A DNA stretch of 60,000 bases from Malacoraja senta (lineage: Eukaryota). The stretch is from positions 126,001 through 186,000 of the forward strand of contig CM075992.1 in NCBI GenBank assembly GCA_038087875.1. The letters run 5' to 3'. The translations under genes were made by a program, and so were the position numbers. Under the pieces are notes generated by a model that saw only the letters and a list, made by a program, of their open reading frames with translations, made no database searches and was not told the origin of the DNA. Shown one piece after another: positions 51,515-60,000 of the stretch. How positions within the stretch are numbered: the stretch's first letter is position 1; each line of letters opens with the position of its first letter.

Positions 51515-52825
51515 CAGGTGATAGTGGACACACTGGGCTGGGCAGGTGACAGTGGACACACTGGGCTGGGCAGGTGACAGTGGGCACACTGGGCAGGGCA
51601 GGTGACAGTGGACACACTGGGCTGGGCAGGTGACAGTGGACACACTGGGCTGGGCAGGTAATAGTGGACACACTGGGCTGGGCAGGTGACAGTGGACACA
51701 CTGGGCTGGGCAGGTGACAGTGGACACACTGGGCTGGGCAGGTGACAGTGGACACACTGGGCTGGGCAGGTGACAGTGGACACACTGGGCAGGTGACAGT
51801 GGACACACTGGGCTGGGCAGGTGACAGTGGACACACTGGGCTGGGCTGGGCAGGTGACAGTGGACACACTGGGCTGGGCAGGTGACAGTGGACACACTGG
51901 GCTGGGCAGGTGACAGTGTACACACTGGGCAGGTGATAGTGGACACACTGGGCTGGGCAGGTGACAGTGGACACACTGGGCTGGGCAGGTGATAGTGGAC
52001 ACACTGGGCTGGGCAGGTGATAGTGGACACACTGGGCTGGGCAGGTGACAGTGGACACACTGGGCAGGTGACAGTGGACACACTGGGCTGGGCAGGTGAC
52101 AGTGGACACACTGGGCTGGGCAGGTGATAGTGGACACACTGGGCTGGGCAGGTGACAGTGACACTGGGATGGGCTGGGCAGGTGACAATGGACACACTGG
52201 GCTGGGCAGGTGATAGTGGACACACTGGGCTGGGCAGGTGACAGTGGACACACTGGGCTGGGCAGGTGACAGTGGACACACTGGGCTGGGCAGGTGATAG
52301 TGGACACACTGGGCTGGGCAGGTGATAGTGGGCACACTGGGCTGGGCAGGTGACAGTAGACACACTGGGCTGGGCAGGTGATAGTGGACACACTGGGCTG
52401 GGCAGGTGACAGTGGACACACTGGGCTGGGCAGGTGACAGTGGACACACTGGGCTGGGCACGTGACAGTGGACACACTGGGCTGGGCAGGTGATAGTGGG
52501 CACACTGGGCTGGGCAGGTGACAGTAGACACACTGGGCTGGGCAGGTGACAGTGGACACACTGGGCTGGGCAGGTGACAGTGGACACACTGGGCTGGGCA
52601 GGTGACAGTGGACACACTGGGCTGGGCTGGGCAGGTGACAGTGGACACACTGGGCTGGGCAGGTGACAGTGGACACACTGGGCTGGGCTGGGCAGGTGAC
52701 AGTGGACACACTGGGCTGGGCAGGTGATAGTGGACACACTGGGCTGGGCAGGTGATAGTGACACACTGGGTTGGGCAGGTGACAGTGGACACACTGGGCT
52801 GGGCAGGTGACAGTGGGCACTGGGT
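51515..52825. repeat. 28-bp minisatellite (GGCAGGTGACAGTGGACACACTGGGCTG)n, about 46 copies
   Basis: Read directly, with 23- and 33-bp variant units. Confidence 0.97.
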
Positions 52826-52994
52826 GTAAGACAAACACTGGTCCTGGTGACAGGTCATCAAAATGTTAACTCACTTTCTCTCCCCAGATTCTGCTGAGTA
52901 TTTCCAGCAATGATTGGTTTGTTAATAAAAGGTGAAGGCGTTTTCCAGATGATCATTTAGCATACGTTGAGGAAAGATTAACGCCCAGAAATCT

Positions 52995-53330
52995 GTTTAG
53001 TTGAGAGATACAGCGTAGAAAGAGGCCTATCAGCCCACTGCACCGACCATGATCAGCCTACACCTGAGGGGGAACTTTACAGATTAATCTACAGCCCTGC
53101 ACGTCTTAGGAATGTGGGAGGAAACCGGAGCACCCGGAGAAAACCCAAGCGGTTACAGGGAAAATGTATGGGCAATAGACAATAGGTGCATGAGTAGGCC
53201 ATTCGGCCCTTCAAGCCAGCACTGCCATTCAATGTGATCATGGCTGATTATCCAGCATTCATAGTGAGGATCGAAGCCGAGTCTCTGGCGCGGCCAGACA
53301 GCGACTACCGCTGCACCACTGTGCCGCACT
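52995..53330 (-). mobile_element. HE1-type SINE with a nested CR1 tail (about 53170-53255)
   Basis: GAGATACAGCGTAG...GGGAGGAAACCGGAGCACCCGGAGAAAACCC; insert CAATAGACAATAGGTGCATGAGTAGGCCATTCGGCCC. Confidence 0.75.
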
Positions 53331-53424
53331 TGTATTCAGTTAGTCTGGATTCAGAGACAAGGATAGTTATGTTACCCTACTGACCAGGAATGCATTTGGA
53401 GAGATTGGAAACTCAGGGTTCTGA

Positions 53425-53735
53425 GGGAGTCTAGGACCAGAGGGTACAACCACAGGATAAAAGGACATGAGGAGGAATTTCTAGAAAGGAGATGAGGAGG
53501 AATTTCTTTAGTCAGAGCATGGTGAATTTGTGGAATTCATTGCCACAGACAGCCGTAGAGGCCGCCGTTGGGCAGTTTTAAAGAGGAGATTGGCGGATTA
53601 TTGATTAGGAAGGGTGTCAGGGGTTATGGGGAGAAGGCAGGAGAATGGGGTTGAGAGAGAAAGATAGATCAGCCATGATTGAATGGCGGAATAGACAATG
53701 GGCCGAATGGCCTAATTCTGCTCCTGTGACTTGTA
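53425..53735 (+). mobile_element. CR1 3' end fragment
   Basis: GAGTCTAGGACCAGAGG...GTGAATTTGTGGAATTCATTGCCACAG...GGGCCGAATGGCCTAATTCTGCTCCT. Confidence 0.85.
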
Positions 53736-54189
53736 GACTTATTTTAGAGACAAAACAAATGGATAAAGTTGAGGCGTCCCAGATAAGGATCAGGAGTCGG
53801 TGGGGAGGGGGGGGACTGGGGTGGGGGGGGGGGGGTGGGGGTGTGTGTGATCTGACAGATACTGATGCTACATTTATCAACTGTGTGGTGCACAGATGTT
53901 GTGCCCCTGTAACCTGGTTATTTCAGCAAGCTTCCTTGGCAACATCTGTCACCAGACCACTGTGGGCCGTAAAATCAGGGGAATAATGGAATTTGCAGTG
54001 CGGGGCAGAGAGAGAGAGAGAACGGGAGAGAGAGCAGTCCAGATGGCGCAGGCAACCAATCCAACAATCTAATCTAATTACAAGGGGTAAGAGAAGGTTA
54101 ATTTCACCCAGGCTTCTGCCGATGACACAAGGTGCCGCTCAGACTTGTGAAGCTACTGGTGAAGACGATTCCCGTAAACAGGCAGCAAA

Positions 54190-54315
54190 CGCTGGCCGGC
54201 ACTGGCCAGCACTGGTCAGCACTAGCCGGCACTGGTCAGCACTAGCTGGCACTGGTCAGCACTAGCTGGCACTGGTCAGCACTAGCCTGCACTGGTCAGC
54301 ACTAGCCGGCACTGT
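54190..54315. repeat. 20-bp tandem repeat (GCACTGGTCAGCACTAGCYG), about 6 copies
   Basis: Read directly. Confidence 0.9.
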
Positions 54316-55309
54316 CTGTAACTCATGCTGAACCTCCCGAGGATACGGCCATGACCCACACTCCCACACTGTGGGAATGCAGGTAAACACACCTGGGCAC
54401 TCTCACCTACAGCACATAGAGGGAGCCCCTCCATCAGTAACGTCACCTTTCCATTTCTCCACAGATGCTGTCTGACCCGCTGAGTTACTCCAGCTTTTTG
54501 TGTCTGTGTGCAGTATACCTGCCCGTTGTTTTTCTGCAGAGGCTTTTTGTTACTAAGACAAGCACTGGCTTCCACCCTGGTCCACACAAGTCACAATCTG
54601 CTTCCGTTCTGCAAAGTCCTGAAGTAGTGAAAGGCGCTACACAAATGCAAGTGTTTCCAGAGTTACAACATCTCTGTAATAATGAGGCTCTTGCTTGCCC
54701 AGAGCCACTGACACTCCCTGCCCAAGGACCCAACATTCACACAAGCATGATCCACCATGCAGTGAAAGATGTGCAGATTATAAACCTTAACACACATGAT
54801 AGAGGTAAATTGACTGAATTATTGAACACCACAGTTGTCGGCCATTCAGCCCATCATGACTGTCCTAGCTGTATGGCTACTCTATCCAACTAGTCCCATT
54901 CCTCTCATTTGTCCACACCGTTTTTCATTGGTCCAGCCTACACTCACATTACCCAATCATTGTTACAGCCTGAAAGGAGGCCATTTGGCCCTACAGTCTC
55001 TGGTAGACCGATACTATCGAATCCATTCACCCAGTTACTTCCCCGATACCCGGAAATTATTCACTCCGTCAAATCCCATGTAAAGGCACTGAATGATTCA
55101 GAGTGGTCCATTGCCACTGCCGCAGTGCTCTCTAGATCACAACGTTGCCACATGGAAATGGCTCTCTCCTCACACCCCTTCCCCTCCCCACCTCTCTACG
55201 CTTCACTGGAACGTTTAAATCTGTGAGTCTTGATCTTGGAACTATTTATTACTAAAACAGCGAAAAGCAGCCCAGACCATCTCACAAACTAACCTCCCTT
55301 CCATTGACT

Positions 55310-56375
55310 CCATTTACACCTCACGCTGCCTCGACAAGGCCAGCAGCATCATCAAGGACCAGTCTCACCCTGGCCATTCCTTCTTCTCCCCTCTCCCATC
55401 GGGTAAAAGGTACAGAAGTGTGAAAACACACACCTCCAGATTCAGGGACAGTTTCTTCCCAGCTGTTATCAGGCAACTGAACAATCCTACCACAACTAGA
55501 GAGCAGTGCTGAACTACTATCTACCTCTTTGGTGACCCTCAACTATCCTTGATCGGACTTTGCTGGCTTTACCTTGCACTAAACGTTATTCCCTTATCAT
55601 AGAAACATAGAAACATAGAAAATAGGTGCAGGAGTAGGCCATTCGGCCTTCGAGACTGCACCGCCATTCAATATGATCATGGCTGATCATCCAACTCAGT
55701 ATCCCGTACCTGCCTTCTCTCCATACCCCCTGACCCCTTTAGCCACAAGGGCCACATCTAATTCCCTCTTAAATATAGCCAATGAACTGGCCTCAACTAC
55801 ATTCTGTGGCAGAGAATTCCACAGATTCACCACTCTCTGTGTGAAAAATGTTTTTCTCATCTCGGTCCTAAAAGACTTCCCCCTTATCCTTAAACTGTGA
55901 CCCCTTGTTCTGGACTTCCCCAACATCAGGAAGAATCTTCCTGCATCTAGCCTGTCCAACCCCTTAAGAATTTTGTAAGTTTCTATAAGATCCCCCCTCA
56001 ATCTTCTAAATTCTAGCGAGTACAAGCCGAGTCTATCCAGTCTTTCTTCATATGAAAGTCCTGCCATCCAGGAATCAGTCTGGTGAACCTTCTCTGTACT
56101 CCCTCTATGCCAGAATGTCTTTCCTCAGATTAGGAGACCAAACTGTACACAATACTCCAGGTGTGGTCTCACCAAGGTCCTGTACAACTGCTGTAGAACC
56201 TCCCTGCTCCTATACTCTAATCCTTTTGCTATGAATGCTAACATACCATTCGCTTTCTTCACTGTATCTATACATTGTAAATGTCTCGATTATAATCATG
56301 CTGAGTGGTTAGCATGCAACAAGAGCTTTTCACTGTACCTCGGTACACGTGACAATAAACAACTGAACTGAACAA
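55310..56375 (+). mobile_element. Rex1/Babar-like 3' end (55310-55599 and 56263-56375) split by a CR1 insertion
   Basis: KASSIIKDQSHPGHSFFSPLPSGKRYRSVKTHTSRFRDSFFPAVIRQLN; the UTR resumes after the CR1 as TGTATCTATACATTGTAAATG...TTTTCACTGTACCTCGGTACACGTGACAATAAAC. Confidence 0.85.
55600..56262 (-). mobile_element. 5'-truncated young CR1 LINE
   Basis: ORF 55696-56067 is nearly the same protein as the C-terminus of 9370-10005; (CATAGAAA)n tail on the plus strand. Confidence 0.95.
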
Positions 56376-57319
56376 TAAATTGCTACATACTTTTGAACAA
56401 AGATAAGTAGTAATTCTGGCACACCAATCCTATCAGCTCCATATATTTGACCGCAACCCCACATCAAAGCCACAGGAGCAAGGAGCTGATTCAACAAGAT
56501 GTGGTTCGCTGGGATGTTAGGAGCGTGTGGTATCTGTACATCACTAGAGGAAGGGGAGGCAAGGACATGTATCGAGCTCCAGGCTCTGTTCAACGAGAGG
56601 ACGAGCGGATGGGAAGAAAGATCACAAGTCTAGGACCATGACTAACAAAACAATTCCAGATGAATAACTTCATAATTACATTTTAATTCTGAATTCTAAG
56701 AACATTATCATAAAAGGAATGAAGGATTCATTGTACATTTATATCCTGCATTACAATTCTCACCATTGTCTGCTTCACTGAAACCAACAACATTCATTTC
56801 ATGTCAGTTCCCCATTTAAGATGCATTTTTGAAAACAAGTTGTCGTCTTTTAATACCAGAATTTTAATTGTGTAAAATGGCAGAGAAAATAATTCAATGT
56901 TTAATTAAAAATCCTAACCTTTTAAACATTAATTGACTGCTCCACATTTGCCAGTAAATGAAAAGGTCAAACTCGGACTCGGTTTTGAGATTATTTTTAT
57001 TTTCAAACTGCTTGGGTAAGGCCATAATTTGAGGTGCTGTGGAATACTTATTCTCAGTGAATTCTTAAATTACAACAAAGTCCATTGACAAACGATGGAC
57101 AAGAATCTCAGACAAGAGGAGTCTCTCGTGAAGGTTAAAGTTTTTCACAAACTTCCTCAGGAACTGTCTACAAACATGCTTGCAGCCCAGGGAGCAGTTA
57201 GTTGTAGAGCACAATGCTTCAAGAAGCATCAGCCTTCCAGCAACAATTAATGTTCAAACCAGTGTACGTGGTGCAAATCTTTCACGTCCCACCAGCATCG
57301 AATGGACACTAAAGCAGGT

Positions 57320-57615
57320 TTGGTTTAGTGTAGAGATACAGCATGGAGACAGGTGCTTTGGCCCACTGAGTGTACTGATCATCGATCACCCGTTCACTAG
57401 TTCGATATCCTACACACTAGGGGCAATTTACAGAAGCCAATTAACCTACAAATCTGCACGTCTTTGGGATGTGGGAGGAAACTGGAGCACCTGGAGAAAA
57501 CCCACATGGTCACAGGGGGAACGTGTAAACTCTGTACAGACAGCACCTGAGGTCAGGATCAAACCCAGGTCTCTGGCCATTTGAGGCAGCGTATCTACCC
57601 GCTGCACCACTGTGT
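57320..57615 (-). mobile_element. HE1-type V-SINE
   Basis: AGAGATACAGCATGGAGACAGG...GGGAGGAAACTGGAGCACC...GGATCAAACCCAGGTCTCTGG...CCGCTGCACCACTGTG. Confidence 0.85.
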
Positions 57616-57904
57616 CTTGGGAATTATACTGTTGCAAACTTATTACAATTTACGGTATTTGGTTATCAGCTAGGTGACCTTCAGCTTTGATTTAAACTTC
57701 AACTTCAGCTGCATGATAGGATCTAGTCTGATACGTTGGGTATTTATTCGTGGACCTGCTGCTATTTATCCCACCACATACAATGCAGGAGATAGCTACA
57801 ATGACCAATGTATCCAAGCTGGATCTTTGAAAAGCCTGTTCCATTTCTCAAACCCCTTCCACTTTCACCTTACTCCTGAAGATGGCTCCTTGCTAAGTTA
57901 TTTA

Positions 57905-58092
57905 AGCAGCACAGCGATACAGATAGTAGATCTGCTGCCTCGCATCGCCAGAGACCCAGGTTCAATCTTCACATCTGGTGCTGTCTGTGTGGAGTTTGCA
58001 CGTTCTCCCTGTGACCTCGTGTGTCTAATCCAGGTGTTCCGGTCTCTCCCACATCCCAAGGAAATGTAATTGGCTGCTGTAAATTGCCCTGG
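57905..58092 (+). mobile_element. HE1-type V-SINE, 5' half
   Basis: GCAGCACAGCG...GCTGCCTCGCATCGCCAGAGACCCAGGTTCAATC...GTGGAGTTTGCACGTTCTCCCTGTGACC. Confidence 0.8.
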
Positions 58093-58157
58093 TACATTGT
58101 TCCCAACAACTGTGAACCTGAAGGGTACAATAAGGCATTGGAAACATGCTGACCCTT

Positions 58158-58312
58158 GTGTAGGAAAGAACTGCAGATGCTGGTTTAAATCGAAGGTAGA
58201 CACAAAATGCAGGAGTAACTCAGCGGGTGAGGCAGCATCTTTGGAGAAAAGGAATGGGTGACGTTTTGGGTCGAGACCCTTCTTCAGACTGATGTCAGGG
58301 GAGTAGGTAGGA
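58158..58312 (-). mobile_element. Penelope-derived short element with hammerhead-like motif
   Basis: Minus strand: CCCTGACATCAGT-CTGAAGA-AGGGTCTCGACCC-AAAACGTC-ACCCATTCC...GATGCTGCCTCACCCGCTGAGTTACTCC. Confidence 0.8.
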
Positions 58313-60000
58313 CAGAGACCCATGTGCACTGCCTCAGTGTGATCTGCTATTCCTACACTCTTGTGCACAAGTATGATTGTGCATATTAGAGTAAGAGTTT
58401 TACTAAACGTTATGCAAAAAAGAGGCTTTCACTCAACCGAGGTACATGTGACAATAAAGTGCCATTGAACCAATGAACTATGGAACCAATGAAGACCTAC
58501 CTCAAATGGATGGCCAGACTGGCACGTGATCAATCACAAGGTTCAGATGCCGGTGCCAGTGGTTGGCATGATGGTTGACAGACTGCATCAGCAGTCTGGG
58601 CCATGAGTTGTAATGAAACTAGAATCATTTATTTCAGACAGTGGCTAGGAGTTGACTGAAGAACAAGTCTAGTTCAGGGCAGGAGATCGGCCATGCTTAC
58701 CTGGTCTGTGGCACCAGGTCCATCAGCACAGTCGACTCGAGTGTTTCCACAATGCAGGGTGTCATTAACGACCAGAAACTTCACATTCTGTGAATGAATA
58801 AATGTTATAAATGTACAATTAGATGCACTCCCATCTTTCATTCCCCAGATCACCACAAATGGTCACCAATAATTTATTCTGACTTCCTTTGATAAGCCTC
58901 CATGGAGTTTTCTGCAGAGCCTGGTGGTAAAGGTTGTCCAGTGACACCACTCTGTGAAGGGACTTTAGATCCTTGCCCACCAAGGCATGCTAGTTCACAA
59001 TGGTGATAAACAAATCCTTCTCGCCTGAAAGGCTTCTCTTTCGACCAATTCCTCTAGGCGAATGATACTGAAACTGAAGAATATTCTGGAAGTAGCAAAG
59101 ACTGGTCATTTCATTTACAGGATCTAGATGTTTGTGACAAGGTCAATATCCCTCCCACCTCTACTGACCCCGGAGTTGTAGCCCTTCTGGTGAAGATGTT
59201 CCCGCAATGTTACTGGGAGCAAGTGCCAGGGTCTACATCCAGTGATGGTGAAGACAATGTATTTCTGCTACAGTGGAGGAATATTGAAAATCTAATTTTA
59301 ACCAGAATGTTAAAAAAACAACCATTGAAACCCATCTTGAAGGGATCTATGATGAGAAAGATTGGATGTCCTACCAAACTCTTGTCTCAGCATTGATTCA
59401 ATCCAATTCCCCAGAAACCTCGGATTATTCTATCACATTGTTCTATCAGTAAGCTGCCACAGTTCCTTTTGCACTGAGAATCTTATCTCTGCCCAAGAGA
59501 TCAGCACTCAACTGACTACATTAATTTTTCATCCTCCCAAACTTCCTGACTAGTCACTGAGTGCCTGATGTACTATTGATTTCTCTGCTAAATTTTACTC
59601 TTAATGGACTGCAGGTCTGCGGCAGCTATGAAGCCAAGAGGTTGTTTCCAGCTTTTTATATCAGTCAGATGAAACCGGCACTCAAGCACCAGATTTAATA
59701 TCAAAGGAACTCGCTGAAATGTTTTGCCCTTTCAACTTATTTCGCATCTGATCCGCTTATAATCCATCTTACTCCTGATGTTGCGATTCCCAGGAAATTG
59801 TCACCAGCAACATTACTTGTCAATGTCCCCCTCACCTTGTGACATGCACACAATAACCAGGGTAGAACAAGGCCATTCTGCCCACCAGTCTGTGCTGGTC
59901 TTGATTTGTCACCCACTCTCCCATGTATATAACGTTAATCGAATAATGCCACGTGCAGAAGAATATGTGTGATCTCTAACCCATGGGGCCCAGGGACATG

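Noticed and set aside
51340..52861. Cys/His-rich ORFs resembling zinc-finger or keratin-associated proteins
   Set aside because: 28-bp minisatellite, open in all three minus frames.
54030..54052. CTCF/YY1-like site CCAGATGGCGC
   Set aside because: Only the 3' half matches the CTCF consensus; too weak alone.
56447..57300. Short ORFs in unique sequence
   Set aside because: No recognisable domain or convincing splice-site pair; lengths are within chance expectation.

Overview
Eukaryotic, repeat-dense, apparently non-coding DNA. The repeat repertoire (HE1-type tRNA/V-SINEs, CR1 LINEs, Penelope-derived GATGCTGCCTGACCCGCTGAGTTACTCCAGCA elements) points to a cartilaginous fish, probably a skate or ray; this is inferred from recognised repeat families, not from a search. 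I find no convincing host protein-coding gene. Every long ORF is either a translation of a simple or tandem repeat or a broken retrotransposon ORF. Mobile elements present: CR1, Rex1/Babar, L1, a young Vingi/Ingi-like LINE with a 10-bp TSD, a very decayed Gypsy pol, a Penelope 3' end, SINEs and two Helitron-like 3' ends. About 12.5 kb (my tally) is micro/minisatellite, and there is a 200-N scaffold gap. The most interesting signals are: (i) minimal hammerhead-ribozyme-like motifs in Penelope-derived repeats, plus three separate 66-bp tandem arrays that share one junction and keep the GAAACGTC half of the motif; (ii) fold-back structures built from SINE or Penelope ends; (iii) candidate isolated exons with consensus splice sites; (iv) repeat-free, TAAT/POU-motif-rich islands that look like conserved non-coding enhancers in a gene desert or large intron. 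Most boundaries are estimated by eye.
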